Shown one piece after another: positions 26,401-39,217 of a stretch of DNA of 64,000 bases. A program made the position numbers and the translations under genes. Source of the DNA: Chara braunii (lineage: Eukaryota; Plantae; Charophyceae); NCBI GenBank assembly GCA_003427395.1, contig BFEA01000024.1, positions 1,695,361 to 1,759,360 of the forward strand, in the 5' to 3' direction. The notes below the pieces were generated by a model, which was given only the letters and a program-made list of their open reading frames with translations, did not search any database and was not told the origin of the DNA. Numbering within the stretch: the stretch's first letter is position 1; the number at the start of each line of letters is the position of its first letter.

Positions 26401-28446
26401 ACACATGGCAGCATGCCAACTCCATCGTTCCTGGTTGGGAGAGACCGGCCAGAGGTTCAAAACCGTTCACGATTGGACTTGTCATCCCTTCCAACGTTCG
26501 ATTGAATGTTGAAGGCGCACTTCGAGATCTCAGTCCATCTCCTGAAGGGAGTGTTGATGCAGGGGACAAAAGCGACGAGTGCACGCCATAGGTCTTGTCA
26601 ATCTGCCCGATACGTGAGCAAAAAGGGCTTTTGAAAATGCATGTTCGAACAAGGTTCGTTGTGGTAGGACATCATCGCGAAGTTTGTGCATTATAGGAAG
26701 ATGAAGCCTGAAAGGCAGACTCAGCATATTATTTTTGAACTTACTAAATTGTGATGATTTCGACAGTAAGACAAAGAATTTGTCCACGATCTTGGGATGA
26801 TTTTTATAAGATGGTTGTGTGATGGTTAAGCAAATGCGGATGTTTAGTTCATCGTGGAGGCGATTGTTATATTTTTTCAACAATTCATTTTCGATACTTG
26901 TTTTGCATGTCATTTCTTTTGTAGGGAGTGCGACAGGAGTCATGGTCCATTGCCATGATATTTCCTATCCCATTCACCCTTGTGCATGTGGATTGTGTGG
27001 TGCGGGCGACGATACCGAAATTCTTAAGCCGATGACAACGGAGTTCGAAAACGACCCGTGGATGGGTGTTGTCCCCTTCTTGGACAAACCTCTCGATGAA
27101 AAGCGGTTAATGGAAGGTCCAAAATTTTGGCGAATTATTCACCGAAACTGCCATATTTCCCTGAATTTTTACTTTTTTATCAGTTTTTCTTTTTGTATGT
27201 TATATATGTGCTTTAGGGTATATCTGTATTCAGTTTTGCTGTATTTGGAGCAGTAACAAAAAACTTAGCAAAAACACCAGACTCAAAAAAAAACTTTTGT
27301 GGACTCCAAAAGCTACTCCGAAAAACGTTTTATAGTACTCTTAATTTTATTTTTTTCGTTTTTTTTTTGCCTGATTGGGTTTTTGATGTTTGTATTATGA
27401 CCCTGCATAGTTTGTTCGCAAAAGTTTCGACAACATTGCTTGTAACGATGCGGCGAAAACCCCCAAATTTTTAACCTTCCATTAACCGCTAGTGCACTCG
27501 ATGCGTGGTCCGAGGCAGAATGGGATAGAGCGATCTTGGCAAGGAAATGTTCATGGCATAAGGAGTACAAGTTTGCTTCTGCGTCGGAGTGAGGGGGCCT
27601 AATCAAAGTACCTCATTATGCCGTTGGCGTCAGACAACTTCCGTTCCTGCGTGCCGCACTCATGCACGAAGAGAATAAGCGGTTTTACCTTCGCTCGGAG
27701 AACGTCACGAGGTCACCTAGCATGTGGTCTGCGGACTTGATATAAGAGTTGTTGGACTGTGCATCCTACAATCCATTTTTGAAACTATATTCGCTTCGTG
27801 GTGTCCGAATACTGCCACAAGATGTGTCGTACTGTTGCATACGATTGTCTTTGGTCAGTTCCGACTTCTGCATAGTGTTGTGTGTGGCATGTTCGAACTT
27901 CGAACCGAAAGCGGACTTTGGTAAACGCTACAGTGTTAGTTTCTTGCAACGAGTTTATAATCCATAGTCGCAAAATGGCGAATCTGCACCTTCTCTACGA
28001 GACCAGACAGCCCGATTTAGATATTATCGGTCAAATTGATGAGGTTGACAAATGGCATGAGGTAGAGCAAATAACATGTTGTGTGCGTGACGCCATCGGT
28101 AAGTCCTTGGCAGGTGCTAGTAGATTTGTAAAGACGAAATATATTTCGGTGTTCTCGAATGTGGCGACGAAGGGACAAGCTTTGCTTTCGGGTCGTCAAT
28201 GAATGCCTTCTACGAGTTTGGTTCTCACGGAACACGAGGACGGTTGTAGATGCTTTAAATTTATAAATGATAGCGTTTTAGAAATTTTAGATTACGGTGG
28301 TTCGTGACATTTAATTTAGATGTAGTCCAATCTTGAGTTGGCTCGTAGCATTTCATTTGGACGTAGTTCGATTTTGCGTTCACAATTTCCTGCACTTGTG
28401 CATACAATTTTCGACTTTTAATTTTTTATGATTTCGATATTTCTTG

Positions 28447-29642
28447 AAGTGCGACGAAATCCAATGGTATGCATACAATGTCCTGTCAGTTTATAATAAT
28501 TTGTCGAAGTGCGACGGAATCCATACTTAAACCATCTCGTTCACTGTGTGATTGCATTGACTCTTCGATTGACTTCCAATTTCTGCTTGACACAATATCA
28601 TGACATGTAAAATACCTGACTCAATGCTCAGTGATATACAAAATTAATCGAAGTGTGATGTAGAATCTGAGGTCATTCACAACCTTCTTGTTCAGTGTCT
28701 CATTACGTGTACCGTTCAAGTGAATTTCAATGTATGACAATGACATGTCAGTTATGTGTTTTAAGTAACTTAAATTATCGAAGTGCGATGAAATCCATAC
28801 ATCAACCATCTCGTTTACTGTGTGATTGCCTTTGTTCTTCGATTGAGTTCTACTTTATGCAAGTCACACCAGCTACGCCTTTCAAATTACATAAAGTATT
28901 GAAGCGCGATGAAATTCATACTTAAACCATCTTGTTTGTTGTGTGATTACCTTAAAGTTACTCTTCGATTGAGTCCTAATTTGTGCAAGTCACACCAGTT
29001 ACGACTGTTAAGTTACATAAGTTATCGAATTGCGATGGAATTCATACTGAAACTATCTCGTTTACCATGTGATTGCCCTAAAGTTACTATTTGATTGAGT
29101 TGAACTTCCAATTTATGCAAGTCACAATGTCATGTAAAATAAGTCTGACTCAATGCCCACACAAAATTGATCAAGGTGTGAACATTGTTGTTCAGTGTCT
29201 CATTGCATTGAGTGTAACAATTGAACTTCTCTTGAGTTTCAATTTATGATAACCCCATGTCAATTATTGTAACGACTTTTAAGTTACAAAATTTATGGAA
29301 GGGCAATGGAATCCACACTTAAACCATTATGTTCAGTACGTGATTGCCTTGAATTTTCAGTTCAGTGAGTTTCAATTTCTGACAACTCCAAGTCAATTAC
29401 CGTAACGGCTTTTAAGTTACAAAATTTATGGAAGTGCAATGAATCCACACTTAAACCATCGTGTTCAGTACGTGATTGCCTTGAATCTTCAGTTCAGTGA
29501 GTTTCAATTTTTGACAACTCCACTGTCAATTACCGTAACGACTTTTAAGTTACAAAATTTATGGAAGTGCAATGAAATCCACACTTACACCATCATGTTC
29601 GGCATGTGATTGTCTCGAATCTTCAGTTCAGTTTCAATTTAT
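28447..29642. repeat. AT-rich diverged tandem repeat (~120-133-bp units)
   Basis: Core AAGTGC.AT/CG.AATCCA.ACTTAAACCATC...GTGATTGCC recurs near 28507, 28781, 28901, 29027, 29299, 29432 and 29565. Confidence 0.85.
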
Positions 29643-29659
29643 GGTCTGTCAATTGCATT

Positions 29660-30030
29660 CTTCGGGTCCACTACTCGTATCCTAAGTTTCATTCAAGTCC
29701 AAAATATGGTGATTTTAACATCAAATTAATAACTTTTGAGTACCAATTTAAAATATAATATCATGTTTTAACGGATAACATGTTTTCTTTTACCAGCCAT
29801 CAGCAGAAGATGGTTGTGGTCTCCTCCTTTTTTCATCGAGCTAAAACTTTTTCGTCCATTGATGGGATGTTTTTTCCCTTTCTCTTTTCTCTCAAGTTCG
29901 AGCTATGGAGGAGGGGTTATCCTAATGACTTCTTCGATCGAGCTCTGGTTAATTTCTCTAGGAAATTCGCAGGGTTTTGGAAGGAATGTTTGCTGGTGCT
30001 GACGAATTGGGGTCGGTTCTTGAAATAATC
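29660..30030 (+). pseudogene. Fragment of a third Penelope-like RT (thumb/C-terminus)
   Basis: FSFTSHQQKMVVVSSFFHRAK..LKFELWRRGYPNDFFDRAL parallels YASYGDNRIKWAVV..ELRILGYPTEAF and YHSYSRKSGKKATL..HLRDYPPE in the two other PLE RTs. Confidence 0.6.
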
Positions 30031-30186
30031 GGTTTCTTCATTAGGCCTTCGTAGGGGGTCTACGTTTTTTTTTTGGCCTTTTCGGTCTAAATTATGAATA
30101 TCTGAGGACTGGCGGGTCCTTCTTAGGTTCGGTTTTATGGGTCTAAGCTCTGGATCCTTGTAGATTGTCCATTGGTCGTGTAACTA

Positions 30187-33100
30187 TTGATGAGAGTATG
30201 CCGGTTGGGTCTTTTTCAACTTCGTAAGGCAGGGGAACAGGGAGGAGGCGGAAGAGGGGAAAGTAGCTCTTCAAAAGGAAAACATGGTAACGATAACACC
30301 CGGTCCAAACAGAGTGGAGGTAGTCCTTGGCCTCAAGCAGGATTCTACATCCCAACAAGCAACAAATTCAGTCCCTTAGCGCAACTCCCCTAGGCAAGGG
30401 GGATGAAACCAGGGGACAAACAGACCCCTCAACAAATGGACAAGGGGGAACAACCACAAAACAACAACGTTGCCAAACTTTGACTGAAAAAAGTGTCACG
30501 AGCAGAAAAAAAGATAAAAAAGAAAGTAATGAAAATGAAGGTAAAAGCAACGAGTTGGACCCAACAAACAATGGTGCAGAGGCAGTCCCAATGGATCTGG
30601 ACCCCCTGAGAGATGCCTTCGGAGTACAGCCCATGGAACTTGACCCACTTCCAAGGCCCCCCCCGAAGTCCAATAGCTCACGTGCACAAACACACTCGGA
30701 GAAAGGGGACGCAGATTTGCAGAACGTGATAGATTGGTTGTTAAAAAACTTAAAAATGAGGTTCCCAGGATAGTCAGATTCCTTCTGGGACGAGACTTAC
30801 AGAGAACTAGTAACCCTCCTGGAATCCAGCAGCAGTCTCAGAATTGCACTGGAACATGGCCTTCCTAGAGGGGTGAGCTGGCAGCAGATGTTTCATCGTC
30901 TGTTACCCATTGTCACCAAACGGTTTCAAATCCCAGACACCCATAAGTCGCCTGGAAAAGTGCAGGCTGTAACGACACGGACTTTCAAGGAAGGGGACAG
31001 AGATGAAAAGGCAGGGGCAGAGATGCAAGGTACAGCATGACAAATCGTCACATCTGCACAAAACCCCAAGACCAGCAAGGGAAAGGGACGCAAAATAAAC
31101 AAGAGGAACCCCCCCTCCCCTCCCTCACCCTCTCTCTCCCGCCTGCAGATTCTAGTTTGAATTTATCGCAAGCAGGCAGTGTCATGCACTCTTACCCCGC
31201 TTCGAGGTCTGACATTTACCTCTGACCTTTTGAAGCCGGTAACAGGAAGTACCCCCCCATTGAATATAACAACAATGGGAGGACCATGAACATACAACTC
31301 ACCTGAAAAAAATAGCCTTTCGATTGGCAAATCAGAGGCACAGCCTGTGTTGGAAGATATACTAGAAGGGCTGGTTCAAAAAGGAAAGACACTGCAGGGG
31401 AAAAAATCCACCTCAAAAACCAAGATAGCAGTCAATCTGGTAGGAACAACACAGAAAAGGAAACCAGTAATCTCAAAGTAAGGAGGTGATATCAAATATC
31501 ACAGGTGAATTTTTTTTTCTGTTTTTGCATAATCCATAGGAAAATTGCACGATAGCCCCGAAAAGTTCTCACCTCATTGAATGGGACCCGAAGACATTGG
31601 AACAGGGATTGATAGGGTCACAAGAGGGGTATTTAACGGAAGTGGGTGGAACTTCATATCACATTTTAACTCGAGAAAGTGTGAGCATTGCTCACAAAGT
31701 CCCGAATCAGAAAGCGGAAACAGCATACCGGACAGATCATCAGAAGAAGGGGAACGAAACAGAGGATGCTGCGTCTGCAAAAAACAGACAAACACTGAGA
31801 GAGGAGGGGGTGTCAACAATGGCTCAGAAGTCACGAGGGGATCATGAAGGTCAGATTATCAGTTTACACAAACCTCTCATGCCTCCCCCACCTGATGGAG
31901 AACGGGTCAGCAAAAGGCAGAAACTAAGCCACCTCCAATTGAATGGACATGCAAACCTATTACTCTCCAAACCAGGGATCTTAATCCTACTGGTAAGACA
32001 AAAGGCAAAAGGATGGGAAGTGGGCCTGTCTGAACCCACAAGCGCACTGCATGGAGAAGTAACAGTGCAAGGCATCCTTCCAAACACTTTTCCTTCAGTC
32101 CTGGGAAGATTGACAAGCGAGGTCCGCTTCAAAGCACAAATAATAAATTTTGTGAAATATCACTTTCCAATAGGGGTGTCGGCGATGGTTATATTAACGG
32201 ATGATCCCCACAGACTGTCAGTTAGAGATGTCTTCCTAAAATATGAATACAGTCGGCCGACTAATCTGTGTCGGTTCAATCAGCAAGCGTTGAGTGAACT
32301 GCAACATCTACAGGTCAAAGCCAGTGAATGTTGAATAAAAGTAAACGTTACAGTGTTGTTCTCCAGAATACTACTAAAAGGTTTACTGAAACAAGGGAGT
32401 CTTCTTGAAGAAGCAGCGTGGATGAATCCATAAAATTCTATTCATCCAAAAGAGTGAGAAGGACCACACAAAAAGATTAGTGTGATGGAGGCGATAAATA
32501 CTTTGGAAGTTTTGTACAACAGGGATAAAAGATGGAAATCACAGAAAAAAGCAGCAGATTTTGACCTTCGTTCACTAAATGTAAATGGCTTGGCATCAGC
32601 TAAACCATCAAAACGACAAACCATTTATGATCAGCTAAAAGGGGTGGAAGGTAAGGAATGGTCAGACGTGATTTGTATCCAGAAAACACACTTGCTAGAT
32701 AACGCAGAAGACAATCATATTCACAAACAAATATGGCCCCATCAAGCCTTTAGGTCGCATGCCCCCAGAGCAAGTAGTGCAAAGGTAGCAATCTGACAAA
32801 GAGGGAGGGAGATGGGTTTATATTTTAGCTATGTTGGAATTAGAAATTGTAATTATCATGTGTGTATATGGGCCTAAGGACACTGGGGGAAGAAGAGAAT
32901 TCTTTGAGAATATAAGAGAACATGTCCCAGTAGGAATTTTCATCATCATGACAGGAGATTTCAATGCAGCTCCTCGTCATCTTGACCAATGATAAATCCC
33001 CCCCCCCTGCCCGTCTTACATTGAATCTGATGAACATATCATAGAAGAACTGTGTCCGTCCTTCAATCTGTTTGACTCGTTCAGACGTACATACCCAGTC

Positions 33101-34383
33101 AAACGTAACTTCACATATTTCAAGAATAGTTAGACAACGAAGGCATCAAGATCCCGTTTAGACTTGATACTAATTTCCGAGGAGCTTCAAGGAGCGCTAC
33201 AGGTAGCAGATATTTTTCCTCGTAACGTCTATCCAAGCATCGATCATGCTATGTGTGCCATATTAATGTCTTTCAGGAAAAAAACTGATCAAGGAAAAAG
33301 ATTCTACAAATTAAACACTTCCTTACTTAACATTGACCAACTCAAAGTATATCTACAAGATGTATGATCCTTATGGAGAGATCAGAAAAGGGTCATCAAT
33401 GACGATATACGTTGGTTCAACAACGGTCTGATGTTCCTAGGCCGTAAATGCAATGAATACTCCAACATGCTGTCCGGACAAAGACATTCTGAAGAGATTA
33501 ATCTGCAAAAAATAACTTCAATAGCTACAACAACAAGATGAGGAATTGGATGACTTAGAAGATAATCCTCGATCACCGCCGCTTAGAGAAAGAATAAATG
33601 AATTAGAAAATCAACTACTTGGTCATATGAAAAATAGATGGCAAGGAATCAGGATTAGAGGAAAATTAGCTAAACATAACATAGAAGGGGTTATGGACGC
33701 GAGATTCTTTACTAAAGCAAGTGTACGAAAAAGAATATCATTCATTGAGGCGCTCACAGATCCACAACAAGATCAGCACCCCTACAAACCTCAACAACCG
33801 CTTGTACCTAGATAGCAAGAGAATTTTACAAAGAACTTTTTTCTTTAGAATGCAAACATCTCCCTCCTCTTCAGAGAAAGAGAGAAATTCACGACTTTCT
33901 CCTTCCAATAGATAAAACACTCACTGATCTTTAAAAAAAAAAACCTAGAAAAACCACTCACTAAAGAAGAAATATGGACAACTCTAATGATGATGGAAGA
34001 AGAGAAGACACAAAGCATATATGGACTTCCCAAATAATTTTGGAAAGTCATGTGAGATTCTATCTCTCAGGATCTGATGGATTTCTATCAAGAGGTATGG
34101 TTCTCAAGAAGGATGGGGGAGATAGTGGGTCAGGGAGTGCTAACCCTACTGTATAAAAGAGGAGATTCAACGAATATTCGCAATTACAGACCAATCACGC
34201 TCCTCACAGTCGTATACAAGTTGTTGACAAAAGTTTTATCGAACAGGTTGATGAAAATCATAGTAGACATCATTCACCTCACTCAAACAGGCTTCATCAT
34301 AGGCAGGAATATTCAAGAAAACATCCTATTGGTTAATGAACTGATAAAAAATTTTCGACAATCAAAACAGAAAGCAACCCTCA
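30187..34383 (+). pseudogene. LINE-C 5' half: ORF1, APE endonuclease and RT N-terminus, cut by the Helitron
   Basis: LRSLNVNGL, ICIQKTHL, SRLDLI, SIDHAM; RNYRPITLLTVVYKLLTK, QTGFIIGRNIQEN..KATL then the break. Same family as LINE-B. The 5' boundary is approximate. Confidence 0.88.
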
Positions 34384-35264
34384 TCCCTATACTACTAACG
34401 GAAAACGCGGTCCTCGCGTGGGGCCCAGTAGAAACCGGGTGCCCCCGCGCGGGACTGATGACGGGCATCGACGAAGGGAGAATCAGTGGAACACGAGTGG
34501 AGGGCCAGAGAAATCCCGGTGCGCGGGTCGATGCCGAGTCAGTTGCGGATGTGGATGGTCGTACTCGGCCGGAGGACCCAACGGAAAGGAGGGTAAGGCG
34601 GGAAAGTGGTGGGCCGGAGAAATGTTGGCGCGCAGGCTAATGACGACGCAGACGCGGACGTGGATCGTTGCACGTGATGGTCGGAGGTACAAGGAGCGAA
34701 GCCGATGGCAGCGGAGAGGACGGAGTGAGGGAGAGAGAAGTGTTTTACGAACGACGCAGTCGCGAACGTGGATCGTCGCACGTGATGTGAAATGACGGGA
34801 AGGGGCGGAGGTGCAAGGAGCCAAGCCGAGGGCAGCGCAAAGGACCGAGTGAGGGCGAGAGAAGTGTTTTGCGGTCACCGATGTGTGGCGACACGACCAT
34901 ATAGCGCGTTGCTGAGCAGATCGCGAGTCAGCGATGTAGAACGACAGAGAAGTGTTTTGGAAGGGCAGTCGTGGTCAGAGAGAGCGAGTCAACAATATGG
35001 GCAGTGTTTTAGAAGGACAGAGAAGTGTTTTGGAAGGGAAGCCACAGTCAGGGACGTGTGCGAAGGTGTTCACAGACCGATGCTCTCGGAGAGTTGGCAG
35101 GGCCGTGGTTGCGAAAGGGGTCTTCCGGGTTTGTTGCTTAATCGACAGGGAAGTGGTTGTGACAGCGGTCTTTGGCGACTCTGGCGAGCACAGAGTGATC
35201 GGACAAAAATGGCAGACGAAGGTGCGTCATTCTTTGTCATGTTCTGCTGTCAGACCCACAACCA

Positions 35265-35300
35265 GAGAGAGAGAAACACACACACACACACATACAGAGA

Positions 35301-35331
<31 letters not shown>

Positions 35332-35521
35332 GAAGAGAGGGAGAAAGAGATAGAGAGAGCGAAGAAAAAGAGAGAGAGATGAGCGAAATCGAATGAATTT
35401 TTTGCTGAAATCGTCGTGTCGTGTGTGTGTATGTGTATGTGTGTGTGTGTGTATGTTTGTGTGTGTGTGCGTGCGTGTGCCGATCGAACATGTGTTCTGG
35501 ATTAGACGAGCGGTACACGAA

Positions 35522-35560
<39 letters not shown>

Positions 35561-35607
35561 CACACAGAGAAAGAGAGAAAAAAACCTTCCCACCCCTTAT
35601 CCTCGTG

Positions 35608-35651
<44 letters not shown>

Positions 35652-35865
35652 ATGCGCCAAGATAACAAAGGAACCGATGACCAATCGATCGCACATGGGA
35701 CTGACTATTTTGTTTTTTCCCTTTTTTTTTTTTCCCTCGATCGAATGAATTTTCTTGTGGAATATCCAAATATATACTCTGCCACATGCACTTGTGTGTG
35801 TCTGGCTTTGGATTTTTTTTTTTCGATTGAACATGTCTTCTGCATTAGACGACCGGTACACGAAG

Positions 35866-35938
<73 letters not shown>

Positions 35939-35956
35939 GGAGAGAGAGAGAGAGAG
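35265..35956. repeat. Compound (CA)n/(GA)n/(GT)n microsatellites within short duplicated units
   Basis: Directly visible. The (GA)n at 35869-35956 is the left half of the PLE target. Confidence 0.95.
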
Positions 35957-37168
35957 ATACGAGTACACACAGATGAAGGTGCGTTATGAGGAAGCTGATT
36001 GCCAAAAACTCAGTAATCGCAAAGAAGGAGATCCACTCAAAAAACAGTTCTCCTGTCCAAAAACCATCTCCCTCATGACTAACATACGATCCCACGACGC
36101 ATCCCTCGACGCGTTTCGTTGCTGGCGCTACAACAACTCATCAGGAGGCTTACCCAAAGATAAGTACAACTCATAGTGAGAATCCCCGTTCCTCCACCAA
36201 CTTTTATACCGTTGTTCTTTGTTCCGCCATACCTGTAAGTACCTGTGATGCCGTTCGCAGCTAGCTATCTTCTACCTCCTATCTCCTAAACTCCCCCTGA
36301 GTTCGCACCTTCGTCCTACCCTCCTCTTCTATCACCCGCCTCCCATTCCCTCGTGCACTATCCCCATACAGTCTTTCCTCGCTCACTCATATCTTTTCTT
36401 GCTCCATTTCCTGCCTATTTCTGGCTCTTCCCATCGCCCTCTCTTCTCTTCCCGCCTCCCTTTCGTTTTCACGCCCGTCTCTCCCCCGGATCTCGCCCGC
36501 TTCCTGATACAGACACTATAGTTCGTGCCTTCGTCTCTGCAAACTCGCGAGACGTTGTTACACCCCACTCTTCCAGCTTGCGATCCGTTAATGGTATCCA
36601 GAATCTACTTTTTTCCGCTACCCCGCCGAGCTCAGAGTTGGTGAATATATCCAGTCTCTCGACAATGATCATTTTTCCTCCGACAAGTCTTGTAGGTCCG
36701 TCTACCCTCGTCGTTGGTCTTCCGTTCTCCATCGTGAAATTGCCTGTTTCCAGAAAAAATACTTCCCAAAAACTCATATTTTCCCTAGTCCTATTTATCC
36801 GGAAAAACAAGTCTCAAACCTTTTTCTCTTTCCTACCTCAAAAGAAATAGAAACGTCGTAAAAGAAATCGTAAAAAAGAGAATTCGTCAGCAAAAAGAAA
36901 CCGATTTGAAAAAAGTTCGAATTGAAAAAAGTGCAGAACATTTAAAATACATTCGTCCGCCGATCTTCTTCCTGTTAGCCCCTCGGTCCCACATCATCCT
37001 ACCGAAGTAACCCGCAAAAGTCCCTACGATACTTTCATCAGCCGATCTTTACGCCATTAGCCCCTTATAGTCGTATCATTCTAGCGATACTTCGATATTC
37101 CGGGGTACAGCGCGGAGAGTTTAACCCCCCACGGACCACCAGAAAGTTTAGCAAACCTAGCTAACGCA
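35953..37168 (-). repeat. PLE-1 3' pseudo-LTR
   Basis: Direct repeat of 47638-48865; includes the last codons of the RT. Confidence 0.92.
36104..36148 (-). ncRNA. Type I minimal hammerhead ribozyme
   Basis: Minus strand reads CCTC-CTGATGA-GTTGTTG(TAGCGC)CAGCAAC-GAAA-CGCG-TC-GAGG: intact core, stems I and II, palindromic stem III, GUC cleavage triplet. Confidence 0.92.
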
Positions 37169-38278
37169 GCGAGAGAGACCTCCGGGGGGTAATCCCGGAG
37201 GTGTGCTTCCCACATAACGACCGAGATGGACGCCAACGTCGCTTCTTCACAAGTCGACATTCGATGGATCCGCATCAGACTTGCACACAACGTAGCCTTT
37301 TTCCCGGATTTCCTCGAGTAAGAGTGATAATCTTGCATCGAGTGAATCTTTATCCTTCCGTACTCGGTTAGATGCTCCTGGTTCCTGGTTCGAGGGAAGA
37401 TGTGGATCCTGATAGGCGAGGGCTCAACCATCATTCGTGTTCCCAGAAAATCGAAAACATTCGTGCCTCTGTCTCTCCGCACCAGACATAGATTACTGTC
37501 ATAGCATCTCTCGAACAGATCGAGGACGCCTTCCGCAATCATCCGTGATCTCTCACTCCCTGAATTACATGTCACGATCACCGTGACATCATCGATCATT
37601 CTCATCCCCTGAACGATGCGCCTATCACAGCCCAAGGATTCCATAAAAGTTGCTTCCGACTTGGCGGATACCAAACATGCTATCGCAGGACTTGAATTCC
37701 TTCCCATAGGAATTCTGAATACTTGCCTCAAAAACTCCCCAGCGCATTTCACGAATGTATGATCTAGCTCAAAACGCACGGCACTTATCAACAGATTAAA
37801 ATTCATGAACACAAAGCCCTTGGTCTTCGTAGTGTTTCTTGCCATCACACACATTTTCCCTCTCCGGCTCACCCTCACCCCTACCTTTCCCCTCTTCCTG
37901 TGAAAGTCGACGACCCATGTGATTGCTTCAATTACACTGTCATGCAAAAGCTTAGCAAACATGTTTTTAATGCCATAGTTCGGTGCTACTGCAGAATCCC
38001 CCTTCCTTCTCAGTTCCGACTCCACCTCTGCTGACCTCACACGTAGATCATCGGAACAGTAGATCAAAATGTCTGCTTTCCCCGATTCCGAGAAGCATGA
38101 ACCGTATTGCCCGTCCTACCCTCGATCCCGCGAGTCGCGCTGGGTCCTTCGAAGCCGGTGATATCGGCTTCCATCGTTCCAAATCCTTATCTTTTGGGAT
38201 GACATACGCCTGACCCACCTGCCCTCCCTTACCCCATTCCCCTAACTTCTTCAATCCCCATTCGTTGAAACTCTGCAA
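37081..38278 (-). pseudogene. PLE-1 reverse transcriptase (frameshifted; motif A Asp replaced by Gly)
   Basis: AYVIPKDKDLERWKPISP, YGIKNMFAKL, IPMGRNSSPAIA, RMIDDV, FDFLG, DYHSYS..DYPP. Colinear with the RT at 59020-60800. Confidence 0.9.
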
Positions 38279-38900
38279 CCAGGGATGCGGCCCCCTCGAA
38301 TGTGATCACCCTTCCTTGCTTCGCCACCAATCGTCTCTTCCCTCTTTCCCTCTTTCCTTTTTTTTTCCTCGTCTTTCTCCTCCCCTCCCTCCTTCCTTGT
38401 GTATTCAGTGCGGGAGAAAACCTCCCAATCAACGCCTTCTCTACTATCAGCGGCTCACTTGCACCTACTAAGATGGGCAACACCAAGTACTTCTCCCATC
38501 CGAATACTCGTAGCCAAGTATGTGATTTTGGCGCGTTTCCCAGTTTCCCAGTGATCGCGAATATTACATGCTCAGTCCATCGGAGGATACAACTCCTTGT
38601 GGTGCAACCAATATACGTGTGTCTGCACCACGGACTTACTAACGCATATACGCCATCCTTCCTTGTTCCCACATCCTCAATCTCCCCGCTAAGCATTCTG
38701 ATTCATTTCCTTACCCACGGACACCCTCCTCTCAGTACTACGAGGACAAACATCCGTACAATCTTATCTTCTCTTTTCAAATCTAGAATCCCATTGAACG
38801 GTGTCCTTCTCCCTCTCTCCTCCATCAGCTGCTGAAGCGGTCCTAACTCTCCCATCCTGAGTAGCCCAGAAATTCTACATAATCTGTCGTTGTGTGGTAT
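38279..38900 (-). pseudogene. PLE-1 GIY-YIG endonuclease, N-terminal to the RT
   Basis: GVYALVSPWCRHTYIGCTTRSCILRWTEH...EKALIGRFSPALNT. The frame extends upstream past one TGA at ~38700. Confidence 0.9.
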
Positions 38901-38908
38901 TTATGTAC

Positions 38909-39217
38909 TTACCCTCGCGATAACGGTGATATGTATGCGGAATCATTCGTCTCTCCAAAGGCCAGCTTTGCCCAGCATCTCACTATCTCACTTACCGCTA
39001 CATCCTTCCTCTTCCACTCAATGCCTTCTTCATTGCAAATCCTTCGGAGTTCTGGCGTTTCTTTTGCAGATAGCGTCTTGTGCATCTCCAGAACGAACTC
39101 CAGTACTCCTCCGTATGCTCCATCCTTCGCTCCTCTTTCCTTCGGTGGTGGTGTGCGTGCTTCCTCAGGAGCGTCCTCAATGATGATCGACGTATTCTTC
39201 GTCGTTCTTACACGCGC
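38909..39217 (-). pseudogene. PLE-1 ORF1, C-terminal part (SAP-like helical motif)
   Basis: Joins 46480-47110 in frame (EKVVSTA-RVRTTKN) once 39218-46479 and one TSD copy are removed. Contains ELRRICNEEGIEWKRKDVAVSEI. Confidence 0.65.

Noticed and set aside
35227-36176. ORFs with RERE, HTHT or SLSL runs (also 9690-10480, 48951-49476, 55332-55613)
   Set aside because: They are translations of microsatellite or low-complexity sequence.
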